This document shows positions 1-11,100 of a DNA stretch of 64,000 nt, in pieces. The position numbers and the translations under genes were made by a program. Origin of the DNA: Tubulanus polymorphus (Eukaryota; Animalia; Nemertea). The notes under the pieces are model-generated. The model saw only the letters and a program-made list of their open reading frames with translations, ran no database searches and was not told the DNA's origin. The stretch is taken from positions 4,556,600 to 4,620,599 of the forward strand of contig NC_134036.1 of NCBI RefSeq assembly GCF_964204645.1, read 5' to 3'. Each line of letters starts with the position of its first letter. Positions within the stretch are counted from its first letter, which is position 1.

Positions 1-904
1 AATCCGAAAAGAAAGATAACCTTCTTGAAAACGCTTCGATTTTTCGTCACTTATTCGGCCGAGAATGTTTCTCTTTTATCTATAAATTATTTATTATTTT
101 CTTCAAAATTATCCTTTTCTGCAAAAGTTTCCTGTATATCAAAGTTGAAAAAATTAACGCGCATAAAAAAAAACACTTTTTTCATTTATTTCGGTTATTT
201 CGAACGGTTTTTGTCGCTACTGAGAGAAAATATTTGAATCAGTGAAAATTGCCTGGATTCAGTTTTTTTTGGATAATTTTTAATTGGTAAAATATACAAA
301 GCAAGAAGCCATTCAGAAATTAATTATTGGAAATCATAATCCGAGCTCTTAGACTTATAAGATGAAATGAAAACAGTTTTTGTCTTAGATACGTGTTAAC
401 GGTAAAATGTACAGTTTAAGCTAAAATTCTTGTACGTAAATTTGCAAAATACGCGGCTACGAGTCGTATTACGTATTATCGTATTAATTATTACGATATT
501 GTGCACAATATCAATGATAATTGAATTATCAGTATTCATGAAGTTAATTATATTCAATAAACATTTTTATGTGATTTTCGTTCGGGCCGAGTCAGAAGGT
601 GACTTTGGTTTGTTTTTAAATAGCCAATTCAGGATAACTGATTCAGGAGAACTGCGGCGACCTAAAACGTCTTTACGATTGACTAAATTTTCGAAACCTA
701 TTGTTATATCGCGCATCGCATAACGCATCGTCGCTGGTACGCGCATGGGTTAGAAATTGAAAAAATAAAACGGTTAGAAATTCATCGTGCAGTTCAAATT
801 CTAAACGACCATATCAAAATCGCCACTCGTTCAAAAATATACGTCATGCCCACAAACCTGTTCTAATGAGATACGAAATTACAAACCGCGTTCGATAAAC
901 CTAG

Positions 905-1520
905 CCCGATATAAACAGAAACTACGACGATCAGAGTTTTACTGGCTGAATGAGACGAGAAGATACACAATATCCGTGTATGATGACAACGAGAGAAATC
1001 CCACAATAACGAACCCAAGATTGAAAAATTCTATACCGGAATGATTCAATTTGATGAGGAGCGACGTTTCGGCTAACTACTGTTAGCCATCATCAGGCGT
1101 ACTGTACATCAGGCATTAGGTACGCATGATGATGGCTAACAGTTGTTAGCCGAAACTTTGCTCCTCAAATATAATCATTATGATGTAGAATTTTTCAATC
1201 TTGGATTCGTTATTGTGGGATTTCTCTCGTTTACTGGCTGACGATTTTCGCGGTAAAAGCATTCATTCTTTCTTAAATATCTACTCAGGTCATTTTGAAT
1301 ATATCGAAAGAATGAATCACATTATACAGCACGACTAAGTGATCAGTGACGGATGGAGTTATGATATGGGGGATACCGTAATACCACTCTAAAGCATGCC
1401 ACAATGCAATGAGAGCAGCCCCCTTCGACTAGTTCGCCATCTAGCGGACAATTAGTTCAATAGGTCAGTCAGGTTTTTATTGACACACCTCACGCGACAT
1501 TTTCATGGAAACTTTGATGA
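905..1520 (-). pseudogene. Highly decayed family A GPCR relic (TM6 and TM2 pieces) interrupted by a palindrome; partial second copy at about 4655-4940
   Basis: 910-950 resembles A1 2400-2445 (actacgac..agagttttactggctgaa). 1313-1380 resembles A1 3061-3130 (aatcacattatacagcacgac...gagttatga). Confidence 0.55.
988..1231. mobile_element. Palindromic element with a hammerhead-ribozyme-like core (Penelope-like retroelement remnant)
   Basis: Inverted arms of about 110 bp; minus strand 1062-1096 reads CTGATGA-T-GGCTAAC-AGTA-GTTAGCC-GAAACGTC. Confidence 0.6.
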
Positions 1521-2131
1521 TATTTTCCATATGGATACGAAAAACGAATGAACCGCTTGTTCCCTTTTTTATTGATGTCGCTTTAGGACTCTCTGCCAGC
1601 TATACTTTACACGAAACAACAGTGGAACAATATCTCATATCCGTAAGCAGCAAAGGTGGCCTTTTCCGCGAATAGCCCGCGTAATCTTCGAATCAGAACG
1701 GTGCATAATGGTTTATTGGTCCGTATTAGCAAAGCCTTACATTCTAAGATAAGAACCCACTACGTAAAAATTAAAACAATTTTAAAATCGAAAATTTATT
1801 TTAACAATCGAATTAAGCTTAAACCTATCTTATATTAGCAACTATTGATAAGTGTTTACAGAAAATAATGCTTCGCCCGAAAACTACTTTGCTCGAACGA
1901 ATTTAGGGCTCTCGGGCAAGATCACCTTACCAGACCGAAATCGGGATTCCCGTGGGGAGAGGTTCGCAATACTAACCTCCGTCCGAGCGGATTGAGGCTT
2001 CTCAAGAAAGATCTTCTAACCGACGAACGATTACTTCCAGGGAATATATTCTCGACCGACCGAATCGAAGATTTCCGGGGAAGACAACCACCCGACTGAA
2101 TCGAGCGAAGCCATGTTCAGTTTTTACAACT

Positions 2132-3346
2132 CTACTTCGTTCTACTCGAGCTACTAGTAAATAACTTAATGAACTGCTTTCTGAAAACTCTTATTGTCGC
2201 GATGTAGATGAAAAAGTTGATGCAGTAAATGAATTGGCGAAGAATAACGAACAATCTTTCCAAATCGTACCATAGGAACAGTAGAAAGAAATCATTGTAA
2301 ATTGTTTTCAGTATGCGACCAGTGAATTCGTAATATAAGACGCCTACGAAACTATTGAAATAAGACAAGAAACTACAAACGGCGTGCGGCAAAACCAGTA
2401 CAATATAAACAATAACTACGACTAGCAGAGTTTTACTGGCTGAAGATTTCTGAGTACGATCAGTTTTAGTTCTGAGCGGATACGCGGATTTCTTAGCGCG
2501 CGATACAGCAGTTAACACTGACGCGATCACTATAACAGCAGCGGTAAATATATCTTGAAGAAATACATTGGCAAAACTTAGCATTTGTTGCATATAGTAT
2601 ACGTGCCTTCGGGAATATTGAGTGGATATTATTTTCGGAATTTTACACGTCCACCGATACCTGGTTTCGTTGTATTTGCGTCGTTCTTCAAGACGCACGT
2701 CGCTATACAAAATAAGTAACCCGATTTGTACGGCGTACGCCCACAAGACCACGACACCTACCGCTATTTTACACCGAGTGGCGCTAAAATGTTTCATATG
2801 AAAGAAAGGAAAACGAATAGAAACAAATCGTTCGACAGCGATCACCAGCACTATGTAGTTAGATATCGTTACAGCTTCTTCTAAGAATAGTCTCCTCAAT
2901 AAACACTGAGGAATCCATTGTCTGGAAACAGAGTGGAAATAGTAAATATGGTAAATATTTGGACATTGTTTTTTGAGTTTTGCGAGTCTCATGGAATATA
3001 CACTGCATCGGTATAGTCCAAGCTTTCTGAGGAAGGAAATCAGCGAACCGGGGAAAAAATAAATCACATTATACAGCACGACAAATTGATCGCAGACGGC
3101 TAGAGTTATGAGATAAGGGAACGTAAAACGAACCGACTGATACCATCTACATTTGATCAGTAAAATAATCGTCAGAAAGTTAAACACGCTTCCCAGCGGA
3201 TTTATGAATACCATCCTGGCGAGATGGTTCATGGAAAGTGCGATTGCCGCGTGTCTTTGGAACGATGTGATATAGGTGGGCGGTTTCACGTACGGGGTGA
3301 AAATCCGTCGAGTCGTCGTGATGGGGATCCCGGTGAGATTTTTCAT
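2132..3346 (-). CDS. Class A (rhodopsin-like) orphan GPCR, family A copy A1 (FMRFamide/peptide-receptor-like), single coding exon, 404 aa
   Basis: Seven hydrophobic segments; TM2 LAVCD, TM3 IAVERFVSI, TM7 CINFFIY. Start placed at MKNLTGIP (3346) by alignment with paralogs. The ORF-track extension to 3445 has no ATG. Confidence 0.9.
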   Translation of the reverse strand: MKNLTGIPITTTRRIFTPYVKPPTYITSFQRHAAIALSMNHLARMVFINPLGSVFNFLTIILLIKCRWYQSVRFTFPYLITLAVCDQFVVLYNVIYFFPGSLISFLRKLGLYRCSVYSMRLAKLKKQCPNIYHIYYFHSVSRQWIPQCLLRRLFLEEAVTISNYIVLVIAVERFVSIRFPFFHMKHFSATRCKIAVGVVVLWAYAVQIGLLILYSDVRLEERRKYNETRYRWTCKIPKIISTQYSRRHVYYMQQMLSFANVFLQDIFTAAVIVIASVLTAVSRAKKSAYPLRTKTDRTQKSSASKTLLVVVIVYIVLVLPHAVCSFLSYFNSFVGVLYYEFTGRILKTIYNDFFLLFLWYDLERLFVILRQFIYCINFFIYIATIRVFRKQFIKLFTSSSSRTK

Positions 3347-5553
3347 CAGAAAACAGACACTCTGCTGTGATAGAACAAAGATCGAATACGAAAAGTGAGT
3401 TCTACTTCTCCCGCAGCTGCTTCTGAACGACGAACCGCAGGGCACAATTCAGAGACCTATACTTATTTCCATAGGCAGTCTACGTTACGCGTGAATAGTA
3501 ATCCAACATTTTCACACATGCACAGATCTAAAAATGTTCGCTGCCACGAACCTACAAAAGTAAAGCGAAATATGTTACCACAAAACTGTCGTCTTCTGTA
3601 AGCAACGTCAGCGCCTGATGTCAAATACCAAATCTTGAAATACAAATCGGAGCTGCGGCCTTGATTTCGACACCGCAGACACCAGGAAAACACTCCCGTC
3701 TGTGTGATCTGCGTTTCAGAATGTGCCTTTCTCGTATAGGATCGAACTATGAATAGGACCTTTCTTGCAACATTATCCGCCCGGAGAAAAAAACATCACG
3801 AATACGATAATCAATAGAACCCGATAAGGGCCCGTAACGATGTTCGTGTTCCCTTGAGCCATATAGCTATTACCAAATCTCGATGTATCAGATGCTCGGA
3901 TGATTAGGCGCTTCGAAGTAAGATTGTTAAAATGTACGGGAACTTATGATTTCAAATTATCGAATAAATAATTCTTTCGACCGACAACCACTTTTTTCAG
4001 TAATCGTCAAAAACCAAACTTGATTCCAAATTTCTAAGCGAATTCTTACTTCCGAATCCGAAATGAAAGATAACCTTGTTGAAAACGCTTCGATTTTTCG
4101 TCACTTTTTCGGCCGAGAATGTTTTTCTTTCATCTATAAATTACGTATTTTCTTCAAAAATATCCTTTTCTGCAAAACCTTCCTGTGTATCAAAGTTGAA
4201 AAATTAACGCGCATAAAAAACACTTTTTTCATTTATTTCGGTTATTTCGAACGGTTTTTGTCGCTACTGAGAGAAAATATTTGAATCAGTGAAAATTGCC
4301 TGCATTTAGATTTTTTGGATGATTTTTAATTGGGAAAATATACAAAGCAAGAGGCCATTCAGAAATTAATTATTGGAAATAATAATCCGAGCTATTAACC
4401 TTTTAAGATGAAATGAAAACAGTTTTTGTCTAAGATACGTGTTACCGGTAAAATGTACAGTTTAAGCTAAAATTCTTGTACGTAAATTTGCAAAATACGC
4501 GGCTACGAGTCGTATTACGTATTATCGTATTAAGTATTACAATATTGCGCACAATATCAATGATAATTGAATTACCAGTATTCATGAAGTTAATTACGCC
4601 TGATGATGGCTAACAGTCGAATCTTGGATTCGTTATTGTGGGATTTCTCTTGTTTACTAGCTGAAGATTTTTGCGGTGAAAACATTCATTCTTTCTTAAA
4701 TATCTACTCAGGTCATTTCGAATATATCGAAAGAATGAATCACATTATACAGCACGACTAATTAATCAGTGACGGATAGAGTTATGATATAGGGGATACC
4801 GTAATACCACTCTAAAGCATGCCACAATGCGGTGAGAGCAGCCACCTTCGACTAGTTCGCCATCTAGCGGACAACTAGATCAATAGTTCAGTCAGGTTTT
4901 CATCGACACACCTCACGCGACATTTTCATGGAAACTTTGATGATATTATCCATATGGATACGAAGAACAAATGAATCGCTTGTTTTTCGTTTTTATTGAT
5001 GTCGCTTTAGGACTCTTTGCCAGCTATACTATACACGAAACGACAGTGGAACAATATTCCATGTCCGTAAGCAGAAAAGGTGGCCTTTTCCGCGAATAGC
5101 CCGCGTAATCTTCGAATCGGAACGGTGCATAATGGTTTATTAGTCCGTATTAGAAAAGCCTTACAGTCTGAGATAAGAAACCCACTATGTACAAATTGAA
5201 ATAGTTTAAAAATCGAAAATTTTAACAATCGAATTAAACTTAAACCTATCGTTATATTAGCAACTATTGATAAGTGTTTACAGAAAATATTTCTTCGCCC
5301 GAAAAATACTTTGCTCGAACGAATTTAGGGCTCTCGGGTAAGATCACCTTACCAGACCGAAATCGGGATTCCCGTGGTAAGAGGTTCACAATACTAACCT
5401 CCGCACGGGCGGATTGAGGCTTCTCAAGTAGGATCTTCTAATGGACGAACGATTACTTCCCGGGAATATATTCTCGACCGACCGAATCGAAGATTTCCGG
5501 TGAAGACAACCACCCGACTGAATCGAGCGAAGCCATGTTCAGTTTTTACAACT

Positions 5554-6774
5554 CTACTTCGTTCTACTCGAGCTACTAGTAAATAACTTAATGAACTGCT
5601 TTCTGAAAACTCTTATTGTCGCGATGTAGATGAAAAAGTTGATGCAGTAAATGAATTGGCGAAGAATAACGAACAATCTTTCCAAATCGTACCATAGGAA
5701 CAGTAGAAAGAAATCATTGTAAATTGTTTTCAGTATGCGACCAGTGAATTCGTAATATAAGACGCCTACGAAACTATTGAAATAAGACAAGAAACTACAA
5801 ACGGCGTGCGGTAAAACCAGTACAATATATACAATAACTACGACTAGCAGAGTTTTACTGGCTGAAGATTTCTGAGTACGATCAGTTTTAGTTCTGAGCG
5901 GGTACGCGGATTTCTTAGCGCGCGATACAGCAGTTAACACTGACGCGATCACAATAACCACAGCGGTGAATATATCTTGAAGAAACACATTGGCAAAATT
6001 TAGCATTTGTTCCATATAGTATACGTGCCTTCGGGAATATTGACTGGATATTATTTTCGGAATTTTGCACGTCCACCGAAACGTGGTTTCGTTGTATCTG
6101 CGACGTTCCTCAAGACGCACGTCGCTATACAAAAAGAAAATGGACCCCATTTGAACGGCGTACGCCCAAAAGACCACGACACCTACCGCTATTTTACACC
6201 GAGTGGCGCTAAAATGTTTCATATGAAAGAAAGGAAAACGAATAGAAACAAATCGTTCGACAGCGATCACCAGAACTATGTAGTTAGATATCGTTACAGC
6301 TTCTTCTAAGAATAGTCTTTTCAATAAACACTCTGGAATCCATTGTCTGGGACCATAGTGAAAGTAGTAATGAATATTGTAAATAGTTGGACATTGTTTT
6401 TTGAGTTTTGCGAACGACATAGAATATACACTACACCGATGCAATCCGAGCTGTCTGAGGAAGGATATCAGCGATCCGGGGAAAAAATAAATCACATTAA
6501 ACAGCACGACGAATTGATCGCAGACGGCTAGAGTTATAAGATAGGGGAACGTAAAACGAACCGACTGATACCTTCTACATTTGATCAGTATAATAATCGT
6601 CAGAAAGTTAAACAGGCTTCCCAGCGGATACATGAACACCATCCTGGCGAGATGGTTGTACGAACTGATAGTTCTCGCGTATCTATAGAACTGCGCGATA
6701 TAAGCCGGCGGTTTCACGTACGGGATGAAAATGCGTCGAGTCGTCGTGACGGGGATCCCGGTGAAATTATTCAT
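5554..6774 (-). CDS. Class A orphan GPCR, family A copy A2, 406 aa
   Basis: Intact ORF with the same motifs as A1; last 134 aa identical to A1. Confidence 0.9.
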   Translation of the reverse strand: MNNFTGIPVTTTRRIFIPYVKPPAYIAQFYRYARTISSYNHLARMVFMYPLGSLFNFLTIIILIKCRRYQSVRFTFPYLITLAVCDQFVVLFNVIYFFPGSLISFLRQLGLHRCSVYSMSFAKLKKQCPTIYNIHYYFHYGPRQWIPECLLKRLFLEEAVTISNYIVLVIAVERFVSIRFPFFHMKHFSATRCKIAVGVVVFWAYAVQMGSIFFLYSDVRLEERRRYNETTFRWTCKIPKIISSQYSRRHVYYMEQMLNFANVFLQDIFTAVVIVIASVLTAVSRAKKSAYPLRTKTDRTQKSSASKTLLVVVIVYIVLVLPHAVCSFLSYFNSFVGVLYYEFTGRILKTIYNDFFLLFLWYDLERLFVILRQFIYCINFFIYIATIRVFRKQFIKLFTSSSSRTK

Positions 6775-7377
6775 CAGGAACTATGCTATGTAGACTGTGA
6801 CTATACGCTTTGAGCAAGCTGGCACCTAGACAGAAAAATGATTTCTACTTCTCAGCTGCTGCCGCTGCTACTGAGCAACAAGCTGCAGGCTACGACTCAG
6901 AGACCTGCAATCACGTTAACAGAAACACGCCAGGCTAATTGTAGCGTACGCCCCGTGTGAACAGTGAATTGTCGTACGTAATATCAAAGTGTTCACAAAG
7001 TCAAACTATGTACATATATGGCGTTTACCTGACTCCGCTTTCAAGCGTCTATAAGTTTTTATAGAAAAAGTTATCAACATGCTTTTTGAAATAGAGTTCT
7101 ACTAGCGCGAAAACCCATTTTTTCGACCAAAGAACGTAAACTCGTCGATCCAATAGTCCCGCATTTAGTCGGAGCATGAAAGTAGGCCCGTATGGAATGT
7201 CCGCGTTACGAGAGACCATGTTGGATAAACAAATAAAAACCCACAGTTATGTCTGTAAAACAGTATATTTTTTTACAGTTTCGAAGCATTAACTAAGCCC
7301 CATCATCAGAAGAACAAAAACACAATAATTAAATTACAGTAATTCAAAATTATAGAGGTTACTAAGGAAGGGAACCG

Positions 7378-7573
7378 AGAGCTAAGAAACAATACAAAGA
7401 TATATGAATAGGAAAAAATAGATACAATACAAAGATATATGCATATATCTTTGTATTGTTTTTTAGCTGTCTGAGCTAAGAAACAATACAAAGATTTATG
7501 AATAGGAAAAAATAGATACAATACAAAGATATATGCTATCTTTGTATTGTTTCTTAGCTCACTGAGCTAAGAA
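7378..7573. repeat. Compound direct and inverted repeat (gagctaagaaacaatacaaagatat units)
   Basis: Two units of about 95 bp, each internally palindromic. Confidence 0.7.
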
Positions 7574-8189
7574 TGGGCAGACGATTATTTTGCGTCAGGA
7601 GGCTCTACCTAGGTGGTGCTGGGGCCCATGGTGTCCATTCGCGTTAGAAAACTATTCGGTAAGCCATTCGCTGGCAAGTTGTAGATTTGAAACTGGGATA
7701 TGGCGTAAGATTAAATTTAGGGTATACGACCTATCCCTCTGACTACTCCAAATATATGATTAACGCCTTAAACTTATTAGGGCTAAACAGTGCGCAGTAA
7801 AAGTTATTAAAATGTTGATTATATTTAATACAAATTTGGGTGGGTGGTCTTTTGCCCTTCTGGTACCCCTGAATGTGTGATCATGGCCTCTAAACCTTTT
7901 AGATGACCCCCAGTGCTGACCCCACGAAAAAGCTAAAAAAAGATGAGCTCCTGATTGATTCCAACCACTAACGAAATGGCCGCGGCGCTCGTATCACGCA
8001 ATCAGATAACCGCCTCGTTCCTGATAAAATGAAAACTGTGATTCATGTCAGTTACACCAAAATTTAAAACAATCAGTTTGAAATGCTGAGATCGACGATA
8101 ACGATAAATAGTTGTTGTCGTCAAAAGACGACACTAATCGCAGCTATTTTTGTCAATCAAACAAACTTGCCCCAGTTTTACGAAAAAGT

Positions 8190-11100
8190 TCGACGCCCCA
8201 CCCTTCATCTTACTCGAAATTTATGAATATCTCAGTCGAATTCTTATCGCGATATCTTAATTGCCGAAACCCACCTCGGCCGAGCATGGTCTTAGACAAG
8301 ATGGGCTAGAATTCGAAAGTTTCACAGATTTATCAGGACTACGAAATCGAAATGAATTGTACTTTTATTTCCAACCTAGGCCGCTTAAACATTTGGCGCA
8401 GCTGGTTTTGGGGACCCGTTTTAATATTCGATGCACTTAGCGAAGTATACTAGATACCTGACTGATAGATATCAGACAGCTTATCTGCGAATCGAATTCA
8501 AAAACATCCGATAAAATATGAAAATATGATTTTTCAATTCGAATATCAGAAATTGAGTTATAAAAAATAAGAATTATCATAATAGAGTACGACTGTAACT
8601 TGTGTGCGCGCGTGAAATGACCATCAAAAAATCTCCCTGCAATTTGGAAATTTTATCAACCAATCAAAAATTCCGTAGCCTATTCGTTCTTTCTTCCGAT
8701 GGTGACGTTAGAAACCGCCATCATAGTTACTGAAAAACGCCTTAATGCCCCTAATAAAGTCACGGCCAATGTATCAAATATGGTCTCAAGTTTTGCCCTC
8801 AAAACCGTGCGTTGTTTCCACAAGAGGTTTTGATCTCGCGTAAACGAATACTAGATGTTGGAGTTCGAATCATAAATTTCTAGATGGAAACCGCGAAGAT
8901 GATTGAAACCAGATAGAAATGAACTATCGAGTCTATACATAAGCTGGAAACTGAGCGTTTTTACGGATGAGTTCGAAGATCCTGTAACTTCCCTATACGA
9001 TTAGCCTACACGCGCGTATCTCAGAGTGATTACAGGTCTCTGAGTCGTACCACGCCGATCGGCAGCGACGGAGGAGTAGAAATCATTTTTAGTTCGATAT
9101 ATCTGCTAACTCACAGGACAGTCTATGTATCTCGCGATGAATAATGTCACCGGGATCCCCATCACGACGACTCGACGTATTTTCATCCCGTACGTGAAAC
9201 CGCCGGCTTACATCACTCAGTTCTATAGATACGTAACCATTATCAGTTCGTACAACCATCTCGCCAGGATGGTGTTCATGTATCCGCTGGGAAGCGTGTT
9301 TAACTTGCTGACGATTATTTTACTGATCAAATGTAGAAGGTATCAGTCGGTTCGTTACACGTTCCCCTATCTCATAACTCTAGCCGTCTGCGATCAATTC
9401 GTCGTGCTGTTTTATGTAATTCAATATTTTCCCAGTTCTCTGATATCCTTCCTTAGACAGCTTAGATTGCATCGGTGTAGTGTATATTATATGTCATTCG
9501 CAAATCTCAAAATACAATGTCCAAATATTTACTATATTTATTACTATTTTAGTCATGTTCCCAAAAAATGGATTCCTGAGTGTTTATTGACAAGACTTTT
9601 CTTCGAAGAAGCAAGGACGATATGTAACTACATAGTGCTGGTGATCGCTGTGGAAAGATTAGTTTCTATTCGTTTTCCTTTCTTTCATATGAAACATTTT
9701 AGCGCCACTCGGTGTAAAATAGCGGTAGGTGTCGTGGTATTGTGGGCGTATGCAGCACAGATGGAATCGATCATCTTGTATAGCGATGTTCGCTTTGAAG
9801 AACGTCGTAGATTCAGGTCCAAGGAGACCTCGTATCAATGGTCGTGTAATATTCCGAAAATAATATCCCGTCAATATTCTCGAAGCAGCATGTTCGTAAT
9901 GCAACAAGTACTTAACTTGGTCAACGTATTTTTTCAAGATATATTTCCCGCGGTGGTAATTGTGATCGCGTCGGTGTTAACTGCTGTATCGCGCGCTAAG
10001 AAATCCGCGTATCCGCTCAGAACAAAAACTGATCGTACTCGGAAATCTTCAGCCAGTAAAACTCTGCTAGTCGTAGTAATTGTTTATGTTGTACTGGTTT
10101 TACCGAACGCCGTTTGTAAATTCATATTCCATCTCAACAATGTTGTACGCAGCGTATATAAAGAATACACGGGCAAAATGCTCACAACTATTTACAACGA
10201 TTTCTTTTTACTGTTTCTTTGGATCGATTTGGAACGAATATTTACGATTCTTCGCCAATTCATTTACTGCGTGAACTTTTTCATTTACATAGCAACAATG
10301 AGGGTTTTCAGAAAGCAGTTCATTAAGTTATTTACTTGCAGTTCAAGTTTACCGCAATAAATTCGAAAAAAATAAACGCGTTCTACTTATAAAATTCGAT
10401 CGGGCGACGCTTTCGTTTCCCTAAGCGACTTACTAGCAGCTACGAACAATTATCTAAACTAATTGCTCGTTGCTAGCAGTGGTTGTAAACTTTACGACAG
10501 CTTCACCATCCATTGACAAACATCTATAGCCAAGTTCATATGCTTAAACGGAAAAATAGAGTGAAGACACCGACAGAGAACCGTAGATAACATCAGTTAA
10601 TAAACTGCTTGATTAAGAAGATTGTGGTTTGTAATTGGTTTAAATACATCAGATGTTATCGAAAGAGACTGACATATTTATGACGACTATCTGAATGAAG
10701 TCAGCCTCTTTAACACGATATGTTAAAACCTATATGACAATATACAGAAAACCCTCGAAGCTAACTATGTATAATCTCATCTCAAAAATCTTCCTCATAT
10801 TTTACTTGAAATAGACCCGGGCCTCAGTTTCAGAAAAAAGGCCCAACCCTTCACTACCCTGTCACTACCTGAATTTAGTTCATGTTGAATTTTTTTTTTG
10901 AGAGTTAATCATATTTTGTGAGTCTTGCTGCTGAATGTGAGTGTACAAGGCCCAGTTTCACAGGAATAAATTTTCTGCGATCAATTTGAATCGACAGTTC
11001 CTATAACACGCTGTTACAAGTTGATAAATACCTCAAGCGATACAGTCATGACAAAACACGACAATACACCTGGGGTTCAGTTTCATGAAAAGGTAAAAAA

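Larger units (their letters stand above)
1..6780. repeat. Tandem segmental duplication: about 1-3350 vs about 4055-6780 (the A1 and A2 units)
   Basis: Near-identical sequence from aatccgaaa.gaaagataacc onward; the second copy lacks roughly 0.6 kb. Confidence 0.9.

Noticed and set aside
3347-3445. 33-aa N-terminal extension of GPCR A1 in the ORF track
   Set aside because: It begins at a non-ATG codon, and paralogs start at the MxNxTGIP methionine.
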